From an uncultured delta proteobacterium (lineage in GTDB: Bacteria; Myxococcota_A; Polyangia; Fen-1088), in NCBI GenBank assembly GCA_963767925.1, contig CAVYGB010000001.1, positions 64,001 through 128,000 on the forward strand: DNA of 64,000 nucleotides. Direction: 5' to 3'. The notes beneath the pieces were generated by a model, which was not told the DNA's origin, searched no databases, and saw only the letters and a program-made list of their open reading frames with translations. Shown here piece after piece: positions 9,974 through 19,116 of this stretch (position 1 is its first letter; every line of letters starts with the position of its first letter). Made by a program: the position numbers and the translations under genes.

Positions 9974-10759
9974 ATGCACAAAGTCCTGATCTTCCTGGCC
10001 GTGGCCCTGGTCGGCGGCCTCACCTACTGGTTCTTCACCCAGGGCCGCCCCGTGCCGGCGCCCCCTCCGCCCCCGCCCGCGCCCCAGGTGGTGGCGCCGC
10101 CTCCGTCGCCGCCCGACGCCAGCGCCGTCCCCCAGATCCAGCACCCCATGGACCGCAACCGGCGGGCCGCCCGCTCGATGCCCGCGCTCGACGGCAGCGA
10201 CGGCGCCCTCCGCGACGGCCTGGCCCCCCTGTTCGGGCCCAAGCGGCTGGCCGAGTTCGTGCTGATGGAGTCGATCGTGCGCCGGACCGTGGCCACCGTC
10301 GACAGCCTGGCCCGCGAGCAGGTCGCCTCCGACACCTGGCCCCTGCGCCCGGTGCGCGGCGAGTTCCAGGTCAACCAGGCCGCCGGCGGCGTCACCCTGA
10401 GCCCCCGCAACGCCGCCCGCTACGAGTCCCGCCTGCGCCTGGCCGAGTCGGTCGACCCGGTCAAGCTTGTCGACCTCTACGCCCGCTACTACCCGCTCTT
10501 CCAGCGGGCCTACCGCGAGCTCGGCTACCCCACCGGCTACTTCAACGACCGCCTGATCGACGTCATCGACCACCTGCTGGCCACCCCCGAGGTCACCCAG
10601 CCCATTCGCCTCACCCTCGCCGGCGACCGCTACCACTTCGCCGACCCCGGGCTGCAAAACCGCTCCGCCGGCCAGAAGATCCTCCTCCGCATGGCCCCCC
10701 AGCAAGCCGCCCGCACCAAGTCCGCCCTCCGCAAGATCCGCGACGAGATCACCCGCTAA
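9974..10759 (+). CDS. DUF3014 family membrane-anchored protein
   Basis: N-terminal TM, Pro-rich linker, YPLFQRAYRELGYP, FNDRLIDVIDHLLATP, SAGQKILLRM. Confidence 0.85.
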   Translation: MHKVLIFLAVALVGGLTYWFFTQGRPVPAPPPPPPAPQVVAPPPSPPDASAVPQIQHPMDRNRRAARSMPALDGSDGALRDGLAPLFGPKRLAEFVLMESIVRRTVATVDSLAREQVASDTWPLRPVRGEFQVNQAAGGVTLSPRNAARYESRLRLAESVDPVKLVDLYARYYPLFQRAYRELGYPTGYFNDRLIDVIDHLLATPEVTQPIRLTLAGDRYHFADPGLQNRSAGQKILLRMAPQQAARTKSALRKIRDEITR

Positions 10760-10862
10760 GAAACCGTCGCCCCTCCCACCCCCGCCCGATCGTTCCCGTC
10801 CCCGTCCCCGAAACCTCGCCCGACGCGCGGCGATGCTCCTGGCGTGTCAGGCTTCACGCTCG

Positions 10863-11190
10863 ATGCTCCGCCCGCGACGCCTCCACCGCTACACCTACGC
10901 CCCCAGCCCGGCCGCCACCGCCCTGAACCCCATGGTCCTCCCTCGAGGTGACGAGCGATTCCTCGGAGGAGTACGACACCGGCGAGAAGCTGGAGCACTA
11001 CCTCACCGTCCCCAGCCTCCGGGACTACCTCGTCGTCTCGCACCGCGAGCGGCGGATCACCGTCCACCAGCGCCTGGAGCACGGGCCCTGGACCGTGCGG
11101 GTGGCGATCCCCGGTGGCCGCGTGGCGGTGGCCAGCCTCGCGACCGAGCTGGTCGTCGACCAGATCTACCGGGCCAGCACCATCACCTGA
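10863..11190 (+). pseudogene. Uma2 family endonuclease, internally deleted and frameshifted
   Basis: N-terminal HRYTY joined directly to NPMVL/EVTSDSSEEYDTGEKLEHYLTVPSLRDYLVVS; central region missing; frameshift near 10940. Confidence 0.75.
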
Positions 11191-11199
11191 GCGAAGGCG

Positions 11200-11649
11200 C
11201 TACTTCTCCGGCGCTTCTTCGCGGATGGCGCTGCCCAGGTTCTGCAGGAGGGGGGCGTTTTCGCAGGCGAGGTAGAGGCAGCGTTTGTCGGGGCTGCGGT
11301 TGATGTGGTGGTGCCAGGCCCAGACCGGGACGTAGATGGCGTCGCCGGCCGACCAGTCGACGTTCTGGTCCTCGATGACCGTGGTGCCGGTGCCCTCCAC
11401 CACGTAGATGATGGTCTCGTAGCTGTGGCGGTGGCGGCCGGTGCGCTGCGCGGGCTCGAGGCCGCCGAGGGTCATGCTCATGGTGCGGGAGGGGAGGTCG
11501 ACAACGGCGACCAGGTGCTTGCGCTCCCGGCTGAAGTCGGCCTCCACCCCGGCGATGACGTTCTTGTGGATCAGCTTGGCCGGCATCTCGACGTTCAGGG
11601 CGGGTCGGGTCTTGCCGAAGTCGCGCGAGCTGAACTGTTTGTAGCTCAT
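11200..11649 (-). CDS. Cupin domain protein
   Basis: HRHSYETIIYVVEGTG and GDAIYVPVWAWHHH metal-binding cupin motifs. Confidence 0.9.
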   Translation of the reverse strand: MSYKQFSSRDFGKTRPALNVEMPAKLIHKNVIAGVEADFSRERKHLVAVVDLPSRTMSMTLGGLEPAQRTGRHRHSYETIIYVVEGTGTTVIEDQNVDWSAGDAIYVPVWAWHHHINRSPDKRCLYLACENAPLLQNLGSAIREEAPEK

Positions 11650-11686
11650 GGTCTTGCCCTCTCGTCTTTCTGATCCGCCGGGCGCT

Positions 11687-12358
11687 TCACTGCAACCCGC
11701 GCATGAACACGGCCCGGGCGGCGAGGGCCCGGCGGCCGCTTTCCCGGATGACCGCCCGGGCGGCGGGATCCCGGCGGGCCTCCCGCTCCAGGATCGCCAG
11801 CATGACCCCGGCGTGCCCGTCGTCGGTCTCCACGTGCAGGTCGAAGAAGTGCATGTCGTGATCGGACCAGCCGCGCGCCTCCATGCCGACCAGGACCTGC
11901 GAATAGAGGTGGGCCACCGCCGCCTCGGCGCCCAGGCACAGCGCGCCCAGCCCGGTGCGGTGGTCGGACCGGCAGCTCGCCAGCATGTGATCGATCAGGG
12001 CCCGGGTCCCGGGCCGCAGCGCCGTCTCGCTGACGTCGATGTGCAGGCGGTCGATCAGGTTCCGATACAGGCGGGCGTGGGGGATGTCGACCGGGCCGCG
12101 CAGGCCCATCTCCTCGAACAGGTTGTCGAGCATCCGCTCGCGGTCCCCCTCCTGCTCGAGGTTCGAGATCAGCGCGGTCAGGTACCGCGTGAACTGGCGC
12201 GAGTAAAAATAGTGCTGCTGCAGGAAGGTCCGGAGCTGCTCCTCGGACACGTCGCCCGCGCGGCAGCGGGCCAGAAACGGTGTCTGATCGATCTCCTCGA
12301 GCCAGGAGCGATCGATCCATTCCTTCCACTCGGAAGCCAGATCGGCGACCAGGCGCAT
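11687..12358 (-). CDS. Heme-oxygenase-like diiron (CADD/PqqC/TenA-like) redox enzyme
   Basis: NLFEEMG...PHARLY, LGALCLGAE, FFDLHVETDDGH give the E/H/E/H/D/H ligand pattern. Confidence 0.85.
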   Translation of the reverse strand: MRLVADLASEWKEWIDRSWLEEIDQTPFLARCRAGDVSEEQLRTFLQQHYFYSRQFTRYLTALISNLEQEGDRERMLDNLFEEMGLRGPVDIPHARLYRNLIDRLHIDVSETALRPGTRALIDHMLASCRSDHRTGLGALCLGAEAAVAHLYSQVLVGMEARGWSDHDMHFFDLHVETDDGHAGVMLAILEREARRDPAARAVIRESGRRALAARAVFMRGLQ

Positions 12359-12503
12359 GGTGCTAACCCCCTCAGTGAAGAACCTTCCTATTCTGGAAGA
12401 CGCTTCCGAGGTTGGCCCTGTAAGAAAAGGTACGCAGTCAAGGGCGATCACGTCTCTTACTGTCAGGGCCTCGGCCGCCCCTTGTCGGGGGAGGTGCTTC
12501 TGG

Positions 12504-13886
12504 TCAGAGCCGGTTCAGGGGTCCCGTGCCGCCCGCGGTGTAGCCGTAGCTGTCGACGCTCACCCCCAGGCTGCGGGCGATGCTGACCAGCAGCTTCGCG
12601 TGGGTCTCGTTCTGGCCCCCTGCGCCCTGGCTGGTGAAGTTGAGGAAGCGCCCGCCCCGCAACCCGGCCTTGGCGCCGCCGGCCAGCACGAAGGGGATCT
12701 GCCGGTGGTCGTGCAGGTCGCCGTCGTTGATGTCCGAGTTGAGGAAGATGACGGTGTGCTCGAGGAGGTTGCTGTCGCCGTAGGGGATGCGTTTCATCCG
12801 CTGCACCAGCTCGACGAAGCGGTTCATGAAGAACAAACGGTTCTTCGTGTAGTTCATGCCCGGGAAGACCTGCACCCCGTAGTGGGAGGCGTCGTGGTTG
12901 CCCGGCCCGCCGACGCCCGGCACCTTGGTCGGGCTGACGGCGTGCGACCACATCAAGCTGGCCGAGTGGGTCAGGCCGCAGGAGAGGGCCAGCACGAGCA
13001 GGTCGGTCTGGAGCTGCCCGACGACGCCGAAGTTCTCGTTCTTGTGGAACGACTTGGGGTAGCCGTTGTCGGTGTTCTGGTAACCCATCCGGTTGAAGTC
13101 GCGGCCACAGGCCTGGGGGTTGCCGCCTCCGCCGCCCGGGGCCGGCATGCCGCCTCCGCCGCCGGCGGCGGGGGGAGGCATCAGCAGGTCGAGGCGCATC
13201 TCGACCTCGCGCAGTGACTGCAGGTGCAGGTCGAGGCGGGCCTTCTCGGCGCCGCCGAGCTTGGCCTGCAGGGCGGCGAGATCGCCCCGCATGACGTCGA
13301 GGATGCTCTTTTTCTGGCGGGGGCGCAGGTCGACAACCGGCATGCCCGTCGGGGGGGCGCCGGGGACCATCGGGGCCGGGGGGGCGTCGCCCATCAGGCG
13401 GTTGAACACGTTGAGCGGATCGTCGTCGGGCTTGACCTCCTGGCCGAGGCCGATGAACGAGACGCTGCCCGAGCCGTTCTCGAAGTTGCTGGCCACTCCG
13501 AGCTGGATCGAGTCGAAGGGGGCCGAGCCCTTGAGCCGCGAGCCGAGGAAGATGTCGAGCGACTGGGGGGCGGTGGCGGTGAGCACCTTCTTGCTGCCGC
13601 CCGGGTGGGTGGGCTCGCCGCCCGGCATGCCCACCCCGGCGAAGAAGATGCAGTCGTTCTTGATCGCCTCGAGCGGGGCGCTCATCTCCCCCAGGGTGAA
13701 GCCGGTCTCGCTCCCCTTGGGATACCACAGGGAGGGGACCACCCCGTCGGGGACGAAGATGGAGACGAAGTTGAGGGGGGCGGCGGCGCGGGCCTTGCCC
13801 GGCCGGCCGATGAGGGGGAGCTCGAGGGCGGCGCCAGTGGCGATGGCCCGGGCGAGGAAGCTGCGGCGAGAGAGATGGTTCGGCAT
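12504..13886 (-). CDS. DUF1552 family protein with Tat signal
   Basis: SRRSFL Tat motif, FVPDG, KSILD, EKARLDLHLQSLREVE, IPFVLAGGA, AKLLVSI. Confidence 0.88.
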   Translation of the reverse strand: MPNHLSRRSFLARAIATGAALELPLIGRPGKARAAAPLNFVSIFVPDGVVPSLWYPKGSETGFTLGEMSAPLEAIKNDCIFFAGVGMPGGEPTHPGGSKKVLTATAPQSLDIFLGSRLKGSAPFDSIQLGVASNFENGSGSVSFIGLGQEVKPDDDPLNVFNRLMGDAPPAPMVPGAPPTGMPVVDLRPRQKKSILDVMRGDLAALQAKLGGAEKARLDLHLQSLREVEMRLDLLMPPPAAGGGGGMPAPGGGGGNPQACGRDFNRMGYQNTDNGYPKSFHKNENFGVVGQLQTDLLVLALSCGLTHSASLMWSHAVSPTKVPGVGGPGNHDASHYGVQVFPGMNYTKNRLFFMNRFVELVQRMKRIPYGDSNLLEHTVIFLNSDINDGDLHDHRQIPFVLAGGAKAGLRGGRFLNFTSQGAGGQNETHAKLLVSIARSLGVSVDSYGYTAGGTGPLNRL

Positions 13887-13896
13887 GGTCGGTTCC

Positions 13897-15726
13897 TCAG
13901 CGTCGGGTCAGGAAGGACTTCTGCCGCACGACCTCGAGCAGCAGCCGTTTGATGTCGAAGCCGCTCTCCTGAAACAGGGTCTGCAGGCGGCGGATGGCGC
14001 AGGAGTCGCGGCCCCCGTCCTCGCCGCCCCGGGCGTAGCGGAACATCTGCCGGGCGAAGCAGGCCTGGGCGTTGGGGCTGGCCGCCAGCAGCCGGGCCAG
14101 GTCGGCCGGGCCATCGAAGGGCGTGCTCGCGTCCGACTCGAGGCTCTCCATGCCGACCACGTCGCCGCTCTCGTCGATCGCCTCACCCGCCTCGATGGTG
14201 CGGTAGGCGGCCACCCCGTCGTAGCGCTCGAACCCGAAGCCGACGGGGTCGATGAACTTGTGGCAGGCCTTGCACACGTCCTCGCTGGAGTGGCGGGCGA
14301 AGCGGGCCCGGGTGGTCAGCCGGGGGTCGAGCCCGGGCGGCATGATGTTGAGGTTCTCGGGCGGGGGGGGCAAGGTCTGGCACAGCAGGCGGGCGCGCAC
14401 GAACACCCCCCGGCGCACCGGCGACGACTCGTTGGCGTGGGCGTACATGCCGAGGACGCTCCCCAGCAGCAGCAGGCCGCCGCGCGTCCCGGCCTGGGGC
14501 GTGGTGCGCCCGGGGATCTGCACGGGGGTGGCGCCGCCGCCGGCCAGCCCGTAAAAGCGGGCCAGGGGCTGGCTGGCGAAGGTGTAGTCGGCGGTGAAGA
14601 GCTCGCCGAGCTTGCCGGTGCCGTTGTAGACCACGTGGCTGACGAAGGCGTCCTGCTCGTCGACCATCGCCCGGCGGACGGCGTCGTCGAAGGTGGGGTA
14701 GACGGCGGCGTCCTTGTTGGTGAAGAGGAAGCCGTCGGTCCCCAGCCACTGCCGGAAGAAGGCCACCATGCCCGGCCGGCTGCGGCGGTCCTCGATCAGG
14801 CGGCGGGCGGCCGCCTCGAAGCCAGCCGGCTGGGCCAGCGCCCCCGAGCGGGCCGCCTCCATGAGCGGGTCGTCGGGGGTGGTGCCCCAGAGGAAAAACG
14901 ACAGCGCGGTGGCGATCTCGTAGCCGCTGAGCCGGAAGGTGCCGTCGGCGGCCCGGTCCCCCATCTCCGAGCGGTAGAGGAAGTAGGGCGAGCTGAGCAT
15001 GGTGCGGATGACCAGCTCCATGCCCTTGTCGAAGGAGCCGCCGGTGTTGGCCGGCGAGAACAGGGTCAGGTAGCGGGTGACCTCGTCGGGGGCCAGGGGG
15101 CGGCGGAAGGCCCGCTGGCCGAAGTTCTGGATGAAGGTGCGGTCGCAGCCGGCCGCCGGGGCGCAGGGGGCCAGGCGGACCTTGCTGGCGCCGAGGGCCT
15201 GGGTGGCCAGCCGCTCCGAGGTGGAGAGGAACTCGTCGAGGTGGCGGTTGGTGACCACCGCCGCACCGGCGTTGTTGTCGAAGCCGTCGACGACCGACTC
15301 GACCGGGAGGTTGTCGACCGAGGGGCGGGTGATGAACAGCAGGTCGGTCACCGCGCTGGCGTATTCGCCGCGGGTCAACAGGCGCAGGCGCCGCGGCCCC
15401 GGCTCCTCCTCGCTCTGGCAGGCGGGGACCGCGCCGGGGGTGGCGGGGGCGGCGGCCGGCGGGGGCGTGCCGACCGGTCCACCGGGGAGGCCGCCGGGGG
15501 TGCCGGGGCCCGGGCTGCCGGGTGCGCCCACGCCGGGCGCGCCGGGAGCACCCACGCCGGGGCTGCCGGGGCTCCCCACGCCGGGGCTGCCGGGGCTCCC
15601 CACGCCGGGGGCGCCGGGCGCCGCCGGGGGGACTTCTCCCTGGATCGCGCCGGTACAGGCCAGCGCGAGCAGGGCGGGCAGGGCCAGCGGTAACCAGGTG
15701 GGGCGGTTGCGGTGCGGCTGCGTCAT
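13897..15726 (-). CDS. DUF1592-type multidomain lipoprotein (DUF1587/1595/1592/1588/1585)
   Basis: Lipobox LALAC, RLLTRGEY, SPYFLYRSE, SSPVRRG, CKACH, IDPVGFGFERYD; AAAGGAGG upstream of ATG 15726. Confidence 0.9.
   Translation of the reverse strand: MTQPHRNRPTWLPLALPALLALACTGAIQGEVPPAAPGAPGVGSPGSPGVGSPGSPGVGAPGAPGVGAPGSPGPGTPGGLPGGPVGTPPPAAAPATPGAVPACQSEEEPGPRRLRLLTRGEYASAVTDLLFITRPSVDNLPVESVVDGFDNNAGAAVVTNRHLDEFLSTSERLATQALGASKVRLAPCAPAAGCDRTFIQNFGQRAFRRPLAPDEVTRYLTLFSPANTGGSFDKGMELVIRTMLSSPYFLYRSEMGDRAADGTFRLSGYEIATALSFFLWGTTPDDPLMEAARSGALAQPAGFEAAARRLIEDRRSRPGMVAFFRQWLGTDGFLFTNKDAAVYPTFDDAVRRAMVDEQDAFVSHVVYNGTGKLGELFTADYTFASQPLARFYGLAGGGATPVQIPGRTTPQAGTRGGLLLLGSVLGMYAHANESSPVRRGVFVRARLLCQTLPPPPENLNIMPPGLDPRLTTRARFARHSSEDVCKACHKFIDPVGFGFERYDGVAAYRTIEAGEAIDESGDVVGMESLESDASTPFDGPADLARLLAASPNAQACFARQMFRYARGGEDGGRDSCAIRRLQTLFQESGFDIKRLLLEVVRQKSFLTRR
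15500..15620 (-). repeat. In-frame 24-bp tandem repeat (PG[AS]PGVG[SA]) about 5 copies
   Basis: Translation PGAPGVGS PGSPGVGS PGSPGVGA PGAPGVGA PGSPGPGT. Boundaries approximate. Confidence 0.8.
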
Positions 15727-15838
15727 CACCGGGGGTGATCCTCCTTTGCATAGGAGACCATCGGGCCCCTTCCCCCAGCCCTCCGAACCGCTCAAGACAC
15801 GGTCCCATTTCGTTCAGGCGGGTAGGCGCACCTGTTCT

Positions 15839-15890
15839 GGTCGGGCCCGAGCGAAGCGAGGGAACCCGACCACTTCGAAAAACAGTCCCT
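15839..15890 (+). repeat. Short hairpin repeat family A, copy 2
   Basis: GGTCGGG...CCCGACC hairpin with the family A core; abuts the family B element at CTAG 15889. Confidence 0.85.
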
Positions 15891-16053
15891 AGTCCCCTGG
15901 AAAGGTGAAGTCTTGCATATGTCGGCGAGGCATCTTCGTTCCTGGCAAGGCGCGAGGAGGGCGAATACCGGGCGTATTTAACCGACGAGCAACGCAGCCA
16001 GGGACGAAGAGGACCGCCGAGATATGCAAGAAATCACCGTTCCAGGGGACTAG
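15889..16053. mobile_element. CTAG-bounded 165-bp palindromic element (family B, copy 1; MITE/RPE-like)
   Basis: Roughly 57-bp imperfect inverted arms CTAGTCCCCTGGAA...TTCCAGGGGACTAG; central loop similar to 29397-29560. Confidence 0.75.
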
Positions 16054-17687
16054 GCGATGTCGGGGTGGGCGGCGGCGAGGCGCTGGCCGTAGCCCCGTTG
16101 CTCCTGGAGGATCTCTTCCAGGATCTCCCGCGTGGTCAGCGGGTTGGCCAGCACCACGCGGAACACCGTCACGACCTGGCCGGCGTGGGCCGCCGCCTCG
16201 AGCCGGGTGCGGGAGACGAAGGTCTTGCCGTTGGCGCGCTGCTCGCGCTGGATCGACTCGGTCAGCGCGCTGAGGCTCTCGTTGGCCGATCGGCGCTGCT
16301 CGGGCGCGCCCTGCGCCGAAGATGGCCCGCGCCGCCCGGCGGGACGTAGCGGTAGGTCAGCAGGTTGAGCTCTGGCGCGGTGACCAGCTCGAAGTCGGGC
16401 GCGGCGGTGATCATCGCCGCGAACTGGCGGGCCATGTCGATGCCCAGGTCGATCAGCAGCTCGTAGCCCCGCCTGCCGATGATGCGCAGGGCGGAGTGCA
16501 CCAGCATGGCCATGCCCGAGCGGGTGCCCTCGAGGGTGTGCTTGCCGATGTCGCGCGAGCCCTGGCGGATGACGTAGTTGGCGTGGTGCTCGACCGAGGC
16601 CAGCGCCTGCACGTCCTTGAACAGCACCATGCCCGCGCCCACCGGCACGTAGAGCTGCTTGTGGGCGTCGATGGTCACCGAGTCGGCCCGCTCGATGCCC
16701 GGCCAGCAGCTGCCGGTGCTGCCGCGAGAACAGGGTGGGGCCCGCCCCAGGCGGCGTCGACGTGGAAGTGGGCCCCGCACTCGGCGGCCACGTCGGCCAG
16801 GGCGTCGAGCGGATCGACGTTGCCGGTCTCGGTGGTGCCGGCGATGCCCACGATGGCCAGCACGCCCAGCCGCCGCGCTCGCAGGCGGGCGATCTCGCGC
16901 GCGCAGGGCGGGGAGGTCGATCTTGTGGCGGGCGTCGATCGGGATGGGCACCAGGTTGCGGTGGCCCAGGCCCAGCAGGTCGGCGGCCTTGCCGAGCGAG
17001 TAGTGCCCGCGCCGCGAGACCAGCACGGCCAGGCCGTCGAGGCCGTGCGTGGCGCAGGGCCGCGGGCAGCCCCTCCTCCGCCACCCCGGCGAAGCCGCCG
17101 CCCGGGCCCAGCCGCCGGTTGCGCGCTACCCACAGGGCGGTGATGTTGGCCACCGTGCCGCCCGAGCAGAACACCCCCAGCGAGTGCACGAAGCTCTGGG
17201 TCCACTGGGCGTAGATAGGCGTCGCTCTGCTGGTAGATCAGGCGGTGCAACATGCCGACCACCTGGCGCTCGAGCGGCGTGAAGGCCTTGCGAGGTCTCG
17301 ATCTTCACGACGTTCTGGTTGAGCGTCATCATGATCTTGGCGAGCGGGAACATGAAGTAGGGCAGGGCCGAGGTCATGTGACCGATGAAGCTGGGCGAGG
17401 AGGTGCGCACCGACTGGGCCACGAGCTTGTTCAGCAGAAACTCGACCTGCTCGGACACGAACAGCGGATCCTCGGGGATCTGGCGTGTCGAGGAAGTCCT
17501 GCTCGAGGTTGGCGGGGGCGACGTCGCCGGCCACGATGCGCGAGCCGAGGAAGCCGAGCAGGTTGTCGGAGATCTCCCGGTCCAGCCGGCTGAGCGTCGA
17601 TTGATCGCTCTCCGGCAGGGTGAAGATCTTGTGCATCGTCTCGAGGGTGGCCTCGGCCTTCTTGCCGGGCGGGGGACTATCGGGCAC
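16050..17687 (-). CDS. panP: PLP-dependent aspartate 1-decarboxylase (PanP-type, group II), broken by several probable sequencing frameshifts
   Basis: Frames join to give [66 protein letters not shown] (PLP Lys), [10 protein letters not shown]. Confidence 0.85.
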
Positions 17688-18222
17688 TCAGGATCTCCTC
17701 GAGGGCGGCGGCGTCGAGCTCGGGCGAGGCCAGGCGCAGGCGATCGCCCAGCGCCGCCAGATCGGACAGCGCGAAGTAGGGGGAGGCGCAGGGGACGTGG
17801 TGGATGAAGCCGAAGGGGGCGAAGAAGCCGTTGTCCTCGAAGTTGCTGAGCCGCAGCCGCCAGGCGCCGGCGGCGATCAGCTCCTTGCAGTGCCGGCAGC
17901 GGGCCCGGCCCGAGCTGGCCCGCTCGGCCCCCGCCAGGCGCTGCAGGCGGGTGTGGGCCACCCCCTGGTCGGCCTCGGCCAGCAGGCGGTCGGCGTCGGG
18001 CAGGGCGGCGGCCGCCTCGGGCTGGCGCAGCAGGGCGGCCAGCTTCTCGGGGCGGCGGTGGGCGGCGCAGCGTGGGTGGAACCAGTACACGCTGCCGCCG
18101 TCCCCGTCGCGGTAGGCGCTGGGCAGCTCCTCGCCGAATCGCAGGGAGCCCTTTTCGATCTTCGCGCCGCACGCGCGGCACTGGGCGCGGCCGCTGGCAG
18201 CCGCCTCGAGGCGGTCACTCAT
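17677..18222 (-). CDS. Protein with two PARP-type zinc fingers
   Basis: ASGRAQCRACGAKIEKGSLR...WFHPRC and ASSGRARCRHCKELI...HVPC (two CxxC...HxxC units). Confidence 0.85.
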   Translation of the reverse strand: MSDRLEAAASGRAQCRACGAKIEKGSLRFGEELPSAYRDGDGGSVYWFHPRCAAHRRPEKLAALLRQPEAAAALPDADRLLAEADQGVAHTRLQRLAGAERASSGRARCRHCKELIAAGAWRLRLSNFEDNGFFAPFGFIHHVPCASPYFALSDLAALGDRLRLASPELDAAALEEILSAR

Positions 18223-18308
18223 GAAAGTTTCGAGCTCCTGATCGGTATCTTTGCCCACCTGACACGCCTTTGCCACCGAGAGCGCCTGGCGGGTGATAAA
18301 ATAGCGGC

Positions 18309-19116
18309 GTGCAAGCCTCCCGCGACGGTGGCCCACCCCGGGCCAAGGACGCCTACCGGGACTACGGCGCCGCGGTCCGCCCCGGCGTGGCCGAGTTCTA
18401 TCGGGCCAACCACACCCACCAGACGCTGGACTTCGTCCGCCAGAAGATCGAGCAATACGCCCCCGGGAAACACGGGCGCATGGGGGTGTGGGAGGCGATG
18501 GAGTTGCTCGACACCCTGGTCGACGACAGCGATCCCGACACCCAGGTCTCGCAGCTCCAGCACCTGCTGCAGACCGCCGAGGCCATCCGCCGCGACGGCC
18601 ACCCCCGCTGGTTCGTGCTGACCGGGCTGGTGCACGACCTCGGCAAGATCCTCTGCCTGCACGGCGAGCCGCAGTGGGCGGCGGTGGGCGACACCTTCCC
18701 GGTGGGCTGCCGCTTCTCCGACAAGATCGTCTTTCCCGAATTCTTCGCCGACAACCCCGATGTGCCAGCGGCCCGAGCTGATGACCGACACCGGGATGTA
18801 CCAGGCCGGGCTGCGGCCTCGACGACGTGTTGCTGTCCTGGGGGCACGACGAGTTCATGTACCGGGTGGCCCGCCCCTACCTGCCCGCCGAGGGGCTGGC
18901 CATGATCCGCTACCACTCGTTTTACGCCTGCCACCGCGAGGGGGCCTACCGCGCGCTGATGACCGAGCACGATCACCAGACCATGGACTGGGTGCGGAGG
19001 TTCAACGCCTACGATCTCTACTCCAAGGGCGCGGCCGAGGTGCCGGTGGCGGCAGGTGAGGCCTTATTACGATGGACCTCATCGCGGAGTATTTCCCTGC
19101 CAAGCTCGACTGGTGA
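18309..19116 (+). CDS. miox: myo-Inositol oxygenase (HD-domain diiron), frameshifted in this assembly
   Basis: [56 protein letters not shown]; ends EYFPAKLDW*. Confidence 0.9.

Noticed and set aside
12504..15726. DUF1592/DUF1552 pair as a new system
   Set aside because: A well-known, highly paralogous pair in Myxococcota and Planctomycetota; nothing distinctive here beyond a linker repeat.
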